Positions 26,886 to 37,890 of a stretch of 64,000 nt of DNA are shown here, piece after piece (positions within the stretch are counted from its first letter, which is position 1; every line of letters starts with the position of its first letter). Position numbers and translations under genes: made by a program. The DNA is taken from the NCBI GenBank assembly GCA_016748015.1, contig JAAOMT010000749.1, positions 1-64,000 of the forward strand, written 5' to 3'. The DNA is from Geosiphon pyriformis uo1 (taxonomy: Eukaryota; Fungi; Glomeromycota). The notes beneath the pieces were generated by a model that did not search any database, was not told where the DNA came from, and saw only the letters and a list, made by a program, of their open reading frames with translations.

Positions 26886-27617
26886 TCAAAAATTTGATAA
26901 TAAGAAAATTAAACAAGTGAGAGTTCCAACAAAAATCAAATTCCATAAGCTCACGTAAACATTAGATGAGATATTAAATATAGTGCTAGTTTGAGTAGGA
27001 GAATAGGTTTGGGTTGGAGTCACCTTGTACTGTTTGGGGTTTGAGGCAGCACATTGTTTTTGACAGCTATTGTTACAAAGTTGATTACCTGCCGGACATT
27101 TTCGAACACATTCCTCTACCTCTTGTATACATATGAAGTAAGGAATAGTCTGGGTATATTCTATTTTTAGAGAAATGAAAATTCATTCGAAATTTTTAAA
27201 AGAATTGAGTTAGAAATCTTAAAATTTTGAAAGGAATTGGGTTGGGGGAATCATAAATTTTAAAAAATAACCTGTAGCATTTGGAGCCAGTCCGTTATTA
27301 CATATACATTCCCATTTTAAAGTCTGTGGATCACAAAAATTTGTTTGCACGTCATTTGAATTGTCATTGCAAATATTTTGACAAGTTGCTTGTTGATCTT
27401 GGCACCAAATTTCTCGTTCTTCAATGGGAATATCGGTAGCTAAAAAAAATTGTAATTGTACGATTTTCATTTAGTGAAAATTTTTTGATAAAAGGACTGG
27501 TCAATTTATAAGTTAGAAAAAGATGTTAAAAATACCATTGAATGATTGAACAACTTGAAAAAGGCTGATTATGCTGGCCAAAAACATGAGCGTAAAAAGG
27601 GGAGATAAACGTGTCAT
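26886..27617 (-). CDS. Secreted Cys-rich, probably GPI-anchored or membrane-tethered protein (3 exons)
   Basis: Signal peptide MTRLSPLFTLMFLASIISLFQVVQS. Cys pattern WCQDQQATCQNIC..NFCDPQTLKWECIC..PNATEYTQTIPYFICIQEVEECVRKC..CNNSCQKQCAASNP, then a Thr/Ser stalk and hydrophobic C-terminus (LWNLIFVGTLTCLIFLLSNF*). Confidence 0.85.
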
Positions 27618-29169
27618 TTTTTCTTTTTTTTTGCTATACAGTTGAGATATGATTTGTTATCAAGTATCTTTTGGTTGAAATTTGAAAATTTGTTTAGCAA
27701 AGATTTTGTTCTTTATATCTGTGAGGCACGTTCACTGTGATGAATATAAGGAAAAATATTTTCTGAATCAAGTGTTTTTATTAAATTAATGACGAGCTAT
27801 ATATATTTCATTTCGGGTAGTAATTCTGAAAGGCAACTCTTATATTAATTTGATTTTCATTAAGATCCCTTCACAAAACCCAATCATTATCAAATTCATT
27901 TCTATGGAACCAGTTTCAAAAAAACAGTTATTACAGATAGGCAAAATGATGAAAATATTTGGAAGAGTTGGGTTTCAACATGTTTTATCGTGAAATCCTG
28001 ATTGATAATAAAATTCCAGCTCGGGAAAACTTATTTCGTCAATTATGAATTTCTAATTTCGGGATTTAGGGTTCAATTTCCGAGGTCCGGCTACCATAAT
28101 TGAAAGGTTGAAATGCTTCATTTTATCTATTTGGTAAATTTTCTCTATTACATGTACAGAACAATATGGAACCGTTTCAGAAATTCCGAAAAATTCAAGA
28201 CAAATGTAAACAGTCTTCTTATGTCAAAATTATCGACCGCAAAAATACAAGGTTTATAATAATTCAAAAAAAAAAACAATAAATTAATTCGGCTGAAAAA
28301 ACTCGAGACATTTTAAGAAAAAATTGGTAGATCACAAATTCATTCTCTTGCCAAAAGTTTAAAGATTGAAATTGAATTTTAATAGGGTTCGCCAGTAAAA
28401 TGTGTTTTCCCAAATTATTTTAAAAAAGCAAAGTTTCAATAGTTTTGGTGACTCACTTTGGCAAACAATGATTTTAGGTTCCTTTTTGTTTATCTTTGAA
28501 AAATAAAAGTACCATTCTTTCTCAACTATTTTAATAGTAAAATTTAAAAATGGTTAGAAGTGGTTTAAAACTTTAAATTGGACCTGCAAGAAAGCTAATT
28601 TTCTTGAACTTTAAAATTTTTTTTTGAAACATTCTTTCTTTACAATAAATCACATGATTGAAAAAGGCCTTTAGAATTGCTTGAATTCATTGGAAGGACT
28701 TCTCAATAGCTAGGCAACCATCTTTGATTCTATAAAGAAGATTTTTTAATTATCTACTCAATTAGCAAACTCATCCCAAGATTCAGATTACTATATCTCT
28801 TTCCCCGCAGTAATCGTTTTGATAACACAAACTAAGAATACAACGAAAAGCCATATTTGTTTCGTCAGATAAAATATGGTTTTAAAAGGCCCTTGAAGAC
28901 TTTTTATGCATAATAATGTTTGAAAATCTCCTTGGTGTCTATTGAAACAAGGCTGGTTCCCTCTTAATATTCCTATTTGGGTTTTAAGCAATTATTGCAA
29001 ATGATATGACTATGGTGTAACTCTACCTGAAAAAAGCTGTACATTTTTTTATAAAAATTTAGCCTCTAGAGTTATGATAATTGACAAAGACCAAAAAAGG
29101 GGCTAAAAAAAAGTTTCTAAATTGTATATTCCAAAATTAATTATATTGTCCAATAAATCCCCTGATTCG

Positions 29170-29262
29170 TTCAGAGTTAAATAAAAATTTTAAGCACAAT
29201 TGAGAATGTGTGTGTTCTTTCAGAGTTATATGAAAAGTTTAAGCACAATTCAAATGTGTGTG
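29170..29262. repeat. Imperfect ~49-bp tandem duplication in the arrestin promoter
   Basis: ttcagagttaaataaaaattttaagcacaattgagaatgtgtgtg is repeated as ttcagagttatatgaaaagtttaagcacaattcaaatgtgtgtg. Confidence 0.75.
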
Positions 29263-29490
29263 ACATTAAATTTTTCAAAATATGTCAATGTGGAATGGCA
29301 AAACCTGTTGTCTTTATAAACTTTCTTCATGGAATTTACTGTGAAATATTTAGATTTTTTAGGATTCGTAAATATATTTAAAGCTGTAAGTGAGACGATA
29401 AAATTATAAACCCAACTCTTTCCAATAACAACTTTTTTTTTTCTAACAAAAACCCTACTTTCTCCAATACCAAATTTTATTTTCTAACAA

Positions 29491-30579
29491 ATGACCACAG
29501 TATACGCTATTGGTAGCCGAACTACAGGTCATGTCACTCCTTATAAACAGAATTGCCCTGCTGTTGCAACATCAGAAGTTCCTAAAGATTCAAAGAAAAA
29601 TATTTTTTTTACATATTCTGGAGATAACCAAACTTTTCAGTCCGGTTATCTAGGAATAACAGAATCAAGTATTCGAGGCACTTTACACATACGTTTCAAA
29701 AAAAACAATCCATTCTACGCTAAAAATATTAGTATTATTTTGACATGCGTTGAAAGAGGAAATTTGTCGTTAGGTGGGAAACGTAACAAGAAAACTTATA
29801 CCTGCTTTTTAACGACTGTTGATCAAAGAAAAGAAGTTTGGCGTAGTGAAACCCCTGATGGATTTCAGTTAATCGATGAAATGGATATTCCTTTTGAATT
29901 TAAATTACCGAACAATGTCAACGGTTCACTAGTCACCTCTTCTTCTCATATTAAATATAATCTGAAAGCTATAGTTTATCGAAAAGCTAAATGGTATCAA
30001 TCTTCGGAAAAGTCGGTATCCATAGATTTTCCGGTTTACCGCTACATTTTTCCAATGCCGGACCTTTTGCAGCCTGGTTGTTTCAAAGTTGAACCAAATG
30101 ACAATAAAACAAAAACTAAAATAGACTGTTCATTGTTATTGCCAAAAATTTATTTTTCACCAAATGAAGAAATTCCGTTTCAACTAAAAGTTAAATTCCC
30201 AGATCCTCGCGTCTCAATTAAATCGATTCAGTTTGGATTAAAAACTTGTGCCGACATAACATTTTCGACTACTCGCAGTCCATTTTTTGCTACCTATTAC
30301 TCTTCGAAGAAGAGAGTAAAAGTCAATGAAATACGTATGCTACCAGACAGCAACAACACTGATGTTACAATAGAATTGAAAATACCAGTTAACGAGGATG
30401 TAATATCCACTACAAATTCTTCAATAACAAAAATTTCACATAAGGTGAGAGCAAAGGTTGCATTGAGTGGTGATAAGGATTTTGAAATTGAGGTCCCAGT
30501 GATAATTAGCAGGAGAACCTCTCCTGAAGTACACGATCAAATTTTGAGGATTCAAAGCTTGATGAATGTTTTGCAATAG
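29491..30579 (+). CDS. Arrestin-fold (alpha-arrestin-like N and C domain) protein, intronless, 362 aa
   Basis: IRGTLHIR, IPFEFKLP..SL..SHIKYNLKAIVYR, KIYFSPNEEIPFQLKV, and SSITKISHKVRAKV..IEVPVII match arrestin beta-sandwich motifs. Confidence 0.8.
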   Translation: MTTVYAIGSRTTGHVTPYKQNCPAVATSEVPKDSKKNIFFTYSGDNQTFQSGYLGITESSIRGTLHIRFKKNNPFYAKNISIILTCVERGNLSLGGKRNKKTYTCFLTTVDQRKEVWRSETPDGFQLIDEMDIPFEFKLPNNVNGSLVTSSSHIKYNLKAIVYRKAKWYQSSEKSVSIDFPVYRYIFPMPDLLQPGCFKVEPNDNKTKTKIDCSLLLPKIYFSPNEEIPFQLKVKFPDPRVSIKSIQFGLKTCADITFSTTRSPFFATYYSSKKRVKVNEIRMLPDSNNTDVTIELKIPVNEDVISTTNSSITKISHKVRAKVALSGDKDFEIEVPVIISRRTSPEVHDQILRIQSLMNVLQ

Positions 30580-31272
30580 TTTCATGGATTATAACCTAGC
30601 TTTATAGATTTACAATTATTTAAAAAAATATCTGACTATTGAGAATTTGATATAAGATTTGTCATCATAATAATATTATATATTTAAATTAAATATTTGA
30701 ATTTATCCTAATTTCTCAAATTTATTCATGGATTATTACATTTGAATTTTGGTTTTTGTGTAATTCAACTTGGAAATTTTTTTTAAAATTCGAGTTTTTT
30801 TAAAAGAAATAAAAACTAAAAAACACGGGAAAATATTTTTGTAAAGGTATTATATTGAAAAAAGTTTCACGCTTACTCATCATGGAAAGAATTTCTGTTT
30901 GTCAAAAAAAAAAAAAAAATGAACAGTAAATCTTGGGGCCTATATTATCCCTTGGAATCTCTCTGTTTACAGCAAGTCATGGATAAATTTCGGCAAGAGG
31001 AATTTTGGGTAAATTGATTAACTGCAGAAACAATGACAAACACATGTACGACAATAGATAATGAAGAAAATATAAACATTTCCATAGTAGTTTGAATTAT
31101 TAAGGGTTTTATTCGAAATTTTTAGTAATACACCCAAAACGTTTTTATCGAGAAAATTCCATGGTTGAGGTGTTTACTGATAAAAAAACGTATATATACA
31201 CTCTGAATAATTATGAAGTCGTAGAGAAAAATTACCTTCTACAATTCAATCAAAATTAATTTCATTAACAAA

Positions 31273-32285
31273 ATGGCTTTGGTTAAACAAACAATTCTAA
31301 TTACCGGAGCTACTGGCAATGTCGGGTCTAGTGCTGTAAAAGCATTCCTTGAACAAGGCAAGTGCTTGGATAAGTTTAATCTATTTCTTTTTTCAATAAG
31401 TCAATTAACTTGAAACTCAATTAAAAATTTTTTATTTATTCAGGTGCCACTGTAATTGCAATTTCCCGCTCTCAATCTTCCTTGGACAAGCTCATCGCAA
31501 ATCTTAAATCCAGTAATGTCAGTTTGAATGAAAAAAACTTTCATGGAGTTTTAAGCGACGTTAGTGAAGATAAAAATTTGGAAAAGGTGGCTAATGATAT
31601 TCGTGAAGGAAGACTTCCAGAGCCTAATCACATAGTTTCTAGCTCCGGTCCTTGGTGGTTTTTGCCTGCTTTGCACGAGGTCACTTTTGAAAAGTGGGGG
31701 GAAGCAATGAAGTCAAATTTTAATGCTCATTTTGGTAAGTCAAAATGATGAGATGAACTTTTAGAATTCTATTCTTTGGCTCACAATTAAATTTTAAATC
31801 TTTAAAATTTTAAAAGTTATTTATAGAAATTTTGTACCATTCGTTCTCAACAAACCTAATACCAGTTACACTTTAGTAACTGGATCTGCTGGACTAAGTG
31901 AGGTATTTTTTGGTTCAAAAATAAAAAATAAAAAGATCATTTGAAATTTTACTAATACTGCTGATATTAACCACAATATTAGAAAACTGGTGTTACTGGG
32001 ATTACGCAAAACTGTCTTTATGGCCTATCCAAAGTTGTAATTCATGAAACCTCTGAAAAACCTATCAGGTTCAATGAACTGCGTATCTCTCTACGAATTG
32101 AAGATGACGCAACTTTCGACAAATCTGTCGCAGCTGGTCAGATTCAAGTAAACGCCGAACAGAATTTTGCTTCAAGAGAGTTTGGAAAAATATTCACAGC
32201 ATTGGCTCAGAGTAATTTAAAAGGTCAAATTGTTGAAGTTAATTCTCGTGCCCAGTTTAACGAATTTGTCAAAAAATGGTCATAA
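31273..32285 (+). CDS. Short-chain dehydrogenase/reductase (atypical SDR, 4 exons)
   Basis: MALVKQTILITGATGNVGSSAVKAFLEQG|ATVIAISRS (Rossmann TGxxGxxG), HIVSSSGPWW, NFNAHF, SYTLVTGSAG, IRFNELRI. Three GT-AG introns; stop at 32283-32285. Confidence 0.88.
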
Positions 32286-33341
32286 GCTCTTTGATTAGGA
32301 AAGACAGATTTTGGAAAAATTATGAAATTGATTTAATCATAAAGGCATAAAATTATCTTAAAAGATATTTTTAATGATTAAAGATTAAGTTTTTGATTAA
32401 GTTTGTGAAATGATCTAAATTTTATTTTACTGATATTATATTTAACCCAATGAAAAAGATTTTAAAAATAGCTCATAAAAATTTTCGGATTTTTTTCCCC
32501 AGTATTCTTTTTGGATTCAACTTGAGATTGTGAAAGTTGGGTAACGTAACCTTGGCAATAACAATAGTTTTAATGATCTTTATAAATTAGAACCCAAATT
32601 ATCAAATATTCATTTAAGCGACAAGGATTACTTATAACCTTTGTCAAACGAACTCATTTATATTTAGAAAACTCAAAAAAGTGCGAAATTGTTTCAATAC
32701 ACTATCCCACAGAAACTACTTCATTGAGAGAAGCAAATCTGATATTTCATAAACATCAAATTTTAATAATGTCAAATCTGCAAATTTAATTTGTATTTTA
32801 ATAAAAGTATCAAAATTAATTTATATTTCACTGGTTTCAAAATGATTTTCTTGAACAATATGAACAAGTAGAGGGAATGGGGCTTCATAGGCTCAATCAT
32901 CAGGGTCAAAGGCTGGTATTTAAAATCGATGATAAACTTTTCATTGATTAAGTTATCAACGATCTCTTCTTCATTGAAAAACCTGTTTCCATATTATTTT
33001 TAAAGATTCATATATATATATTTCTTCTCAAAAAAAATCCATTTATTAAGAATTTTGTCGATTATTCCAAAATTATAATCGTTAAAGATGAATTCAAATA
33101 TCTCGTCAAACCATACTTTAATTAAAATGGGTATGCTGCAGAAAGTACAATGTATAACCTAAACTTCGATCTTGTCACAAAATAATTAATAATATTTCCC
33201 ATTGTTTAACAAAAATTGCGCCATCTCTGGTCATACTGTGATTGATCGTCGGTTATATAGAAAATTTTTTATATAAATTTAGGTATTCAATTTCCATTAC
33301 GAGGGATAAACCATCTTTTCAAAATTCGATAAATTGACAAG

Positions 33342-33603
33342 ATGTCAAATGACCCGATTGCAGCAGCGTCAGCTTTAAATATAGAATTCATTGAACCCGA
33401 TCATGTTGTTGAATTGGTAAAGAATAAATCAAAAGTACCCGGTAAAGACTATTTGTTGGTAGACGTGCGAGATGAAGATTTTGAGGTGAGAAACTTTATA
33501 AAATTCAAATTTAACTTAAAATTCAATTCTATAAATAATTATGAGAGATTTTTTATCGTTGGTTTTTTTTTTGAAAAAAAAAANNNNNNNNNNNNNNNNN
33601 NNN

Positions 33604-33634
<31 letters not shown>

Positions 33635-33996
33635 AATTTCATGTTCCAAATTCTGTCAACTTTCCATCCGCTGGGCTTTCGAATTCCGTCCAAAATTTGA
33701 TAGCTGAGTATAATCAAGGTTAACAAGCTAGTAATTTTTTTTTCTCCTTTGGAAAATTATGTTTTGAAAACTTAATCTCATTTCCCTTAAAAGTTCCAGA
33801 ATTGATCTTTTACTGTGCTCTATCTCAAAAACGAGGTCCAAACTCTGCTCGAATTTACAAAGAGTCAATAAATCAAAGTGAAGTTAAAACAGATCAAAAG
33901 GTGAAAGTTATGAAAGGTGGATTCGTTGGTTGGAATGAGAAATTCGAAAATGAGAAATTCGAAAATGATACACAATTGGTAGAAAAACCTAATTAG
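33342..33996 (+). CDS. Cdc25-like rhodanese phosphatase / arsenate reductase (Acr2/Ych1/Ibp1 family), 3 exons
   Basis: DYLLVDVRDEDF, HVPNSVNFPS, active-site loop LIFYCALSQKRGP (CX5R; compare HCALSQVRGP of plant ACR2/CDC25), and VKVMKGGFVGW. The first intron spans the assembly gap. Confidence 0.88.
33584..33603. other. Assembly gap (20 N) flanked by poly(A)
   Basis: Run of N between two A homopolymers inside intron 1 of the rhodanese gene. Confidence 0.99.
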
Positions 33997-36845
33997 CTTT
34001 ACCTATCGAAGAAAATAAAATATTTCTTTTTTTTGATATGATTGATGAGTAATAAATCAAAAATGAAATCCCTTCAAACCACGTTACTAAGCATTGAGAT
34101 CACACTCTGGAAAAGAGACAATTATAAAAATTTATGAGCTAAACCAAGTGTTTTTTTACTGCTAAGAAAATCCAAATAAAATTAGGAGAAAGCTATAAAA
34201 AATAGGAATGAATTTCCTAATCCAGAGAACAATTTAGAGCTTTTAAAAATTTAATTTTTAATAAATAAAAAATTTTAAAACCTTTAATTTTGATCCAAGG
34301 AATACAAAAAGAACCATTTCTTAACCTTTAAACGCTATTGAGTTTGATTTTATATCTTGATTAAATAAATGAATTAATAAAAGTCTTGATATTAATATAA
34401 CAAGTGATACAAATAACCATTTGAAAATTTGAGTTTTGATTTACATGAGAAATTTGTAAACTATATAAAAAAGTAAATGGAAACACTTTCCTAAGTTTCA
34501 CAAAAAATCAAAAATACATGTATCAAGTTTTGTTTATCATTGTAAAAAAAAAACATTACCAGTTTTTTGTTTACCAATATATATATATATATATATATAT
34601 GTAAATTTTACAAAGATAAATATAGTTTTTAATTTGGAAATTTACCTAATATTCGAAAAATTGGTTTCATTGGAAAAAAGGAATCATCACACTCAAAAGT
34701 TAAACATGACCATTTTTATTCAAGGAAAAAATTTGTCGAATTCACTAACATCAAAAATATCAAAACTATAATTGAAATTGAGTCAGAGAAGGAAAAATTT
34801 CTAATCTTCAAGATAAAACAACAACAACAACAACAGCAACAATAAAAACAGAAAAAAAGAATTCTCATCAAAAAATTTTTATCAGCTTATAGTTCAAAAG
34901 AAATGACTTTAAGTTTTGCTCTACCTGACACAAGAATAATAATAGTGATATATGGTAAAAAGATTAAAAAAAAGTTTCCCAAATCAAAAGTTACACAAGC
35001 ATTTCAGCATGCCTTTCTTCTAGAATACTCTGTTCTAATTATCTATTTACCAGAAAATAATTTTTTATATTTGATATTAAAGATTAATTTGACTTCATTT
35101 GACCTCCTGACAAAATTTCATATAACTCTATGTACTTTTTGTGTTTTTTAATGAATCTTAAGTAGATGATATGAACTGATTACCGTATCTTACTAGGAGA
35201 TGAGTAATATTTTCAAAGATTAAAACACATGTTTAGAAATTCTCTATTGATATAATGTTTAGCATTTTTTTACCAGAATATTTCAACAGATATTTTTGAT
35301 AAGCTTCATAGCAAAAAAAAAAAAAAAAGGGCAAAATTCTCGTCTATCAAGTTATCAACGAGGATATGATATGAAGTTTAAGAAATAATATCGTTCCCAC
35401 TTTTTAATGGGGAATAAAGTTTCATACATGAGGTTAAAAATTGCGTTTTAAATACAAATAAGGATTGGTAAGGTCCATTTTGAGATTTGAGTAAATAATT
35501 TTCAGGGGAAATAAATATTAGACTTTTTTTTTGTTATCTTATATAATCTGAAGCATTACTTTGCTGCAAATTTAATGAATTCAATTCTTTCGCTTCTTAG
35601 AACGTTTTATCTCGGATCAAAAAATTGAAACACAAACTGAGTACAAGGAACCTTTTAATTGAGCTAAATCCAGTACATCCAAGAAATCTTGTTTGTATTC
35701 AAGATTTTCAATAACTTTCGAACGACAAATTGCTAAAAAATTTTCCTCATATACAAAATGAAAAATGTTTGTTGAAAGATTTACTAATAAAATATCAAGA
35801 ATATGTTCTCTTTGGTTTGAGGCTGATTGAAAATTTGAAACTCAAATGCCTGATTTCATAAATAATTTGCTGGAAAGGTATTTTTATTAATTAATATGAA
35901 AGATTTTATCATATTTTAAAGTTACTAAATTTCTTTTATTTTGAATTTTTCTTCTTATTTCTCAATTTTTAACCTAAAAGAGCTAAAAAGACCTGAAAGA
36001 ATGAAACACTACATTGATCATTATGCCTGGACCCTATAGTAATTTGTGCTAAGAAAATATTTAGCATGATAAATTCTGACGCATTTATATGAACGAAGGA
36101 ATGTGTTTCATTTCTCAGGTAGGTATCTATGACCAATATATTTTTGTTTTTGGAAATATTATTGACATTGTTCTTTTATATTTTAATGATTAGGAAACTT
36201 TAAAAATTGACAGTTTTGAATTCACGCTACTTAATCGGATCTTCGTTTGCTAAATATTGACATTAAGTGAAATTATTGCACAGACTCCTCCAGGAAAAAT
36301 CTATAATTGGCCAATTCTTCCAAATCCCGTGCTGAATCACCTGACAAATTTAAATAACAAAGTTTCACATTAAATACTTGAATTATCAACCAAATGCATA
36401 AACTTCATTATCAAAGCGGGGATGATATTTTGGTCTTGGTTCATAATTTTCTAAATCCAAACAAATAAATACGAACTATTTGTACGAGAGATATCGCACA
36501 TTTCCCTAAGAATGGATAATCAAAGATTGAACATCTCCGAAGTTTGATCGCAAATTGGAATTCCCCATAGGAATTGAGTAAACAATAAAATGGTATTTAT
36601 CAAGAGTCTTCTTTGTCATGTTCGGTTCACAGAATTTGACTTTTGTTAAAAAGGTTTCTCACAACCGGTGAAAGTTGAAATTAGCTTTCTCTTGGCGTAT
36701 TTTTGGATTTGCTTGAATTGATATCAATACCATCTAAATTTAAGAAATCAAAGGGACAGCTTAAAATTCGAGAAATAAAAGAGTTTCAAAGTAAAACTAG
36801 AATACTCAAAAGGTCATTGTTAAGCTTGAAAGTTGAAAAAAGAAT

Positions 36846-37235
36846 ATGACTTCAAAAAATACTCCCACTAAAACTAAGTCACTGTCAAAATCAACAAAAA
36901 AAGCAAATCCAACCGAACGGATCGAATTCTCATCACTGACCTCTAGCCCCTCAGACATAACACCAAAACCCACCTATACAAAAATGGCAGAAATTCAAGC
37001 AGCCCCATTAAAAAACAATATAGAAAAAGGTCTAGCAAGTGTGTTTTTGATTATTTTCATACTACTTGTATTGGTTGGAATAACGTGGGTTTATGGAAGT
37101 TGGAGACGTCGGGCTGAAGAACGTCAACGACGGATACAAATTTTAAAAGAAATCGAAGAAGAAGCTGCCTGGCACAAGCCTGGTGCTGCTATGGCAGAAA
37201 TTTTAATCGATTATTCCGACCCGGAAAGAAAATGA
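36846..37235 (+). CDS. Small single-pass membrane protein, 129 aa
   Basis: Ser/Thr/Lys-rich N-terminus, one transmembrane helix (LASVFLIIFILLVLVGITWVYGSW), then a basic stop-transfer RRR and a charged helix. Confidence 0.7.
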   Translation: MTSKNTPTKTKSLSKSTKKANPTERIEFSSLTSSPSDITPKPTYTKMAEIQAAPLKNNIEKGLASVFLIIFILLVLVGITWVYGSWRRRAEERQRRIQILKEIEEEAAWHKPGAAMAEILIDYSDPERK

Positions 37236-37490
37236 AATGTGGAACAAAAGAATTAAGAGTTTTAGCGAGAAATATTGAAATGATAAGAGATTGAGTGATT
37301 TAAATTTGTAAATAATATCAAATCATTCATATTATCATAATCTCTTAAGACTCGAGTTCTTAATTTTGGTCATATTGTAATAATAGCTTGAAATTCTGTC
37401 TCGCTTAGTTTTTCTATTCACACAGCAAGGCCGAAATATTCATTTGAATTGAAGTTTATAGAGCGTTAACTTCCCATCAAAATAGCTGAA

Positions 37491-37492
<2 letters not shown>

Positions 37493-37534
<42 letters not shown>

Positions 37535-37539
37535 TTTTT

Positions 37540-37576
<37 letters not shown>
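37493..37576. repeat. ~84-nt poly(T) tract
   Basis: Near-pure T homopolymer with two interrupting A residues. Confidence 0.95.
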
Positions 37577-37578
<2 letters not shown>

Positions 37579-37890
37579 CTTTGTAAACCTCAAACTCCAA
37601 AAAAAAAAAAACAGATTATAAAACTAAATATGTAACAATAAAATTATCCAAAGTTCATTTTAATAGTTTGAAAACAAACCAATCCATTTAATCTTACCAA
37701 TCAGGCTATATTGTTATAATTTGATTTTAGAAATATTCTAGATATTTTTAAATTTACAATTTAAGAAATTAATTTTCTGAACGATAAATTTAGGGACGAG
37801 AAGACCAAACAAGTTTTTAAAAATTTTTTAAAGTATTAAATTTTTTTATTAAAAAGAAGGGAAATAAATTTTATTTATAAATATATTTAA

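Noticed and set aside
33186-33192. TTAATAA as a Yap8/Arr1 arsenic-response element
   Set aside because: Expected by chance in such AT-rich DNA; the extended consensus is absent.
35640-36200. Possible decayed intron-containing gene between the rhodanese and the membrane-protein gene
   Set aside because: Splice-like sites exist, but frames contain stops and no family (including GAPDH, PGK or Acr3) is recognisable.
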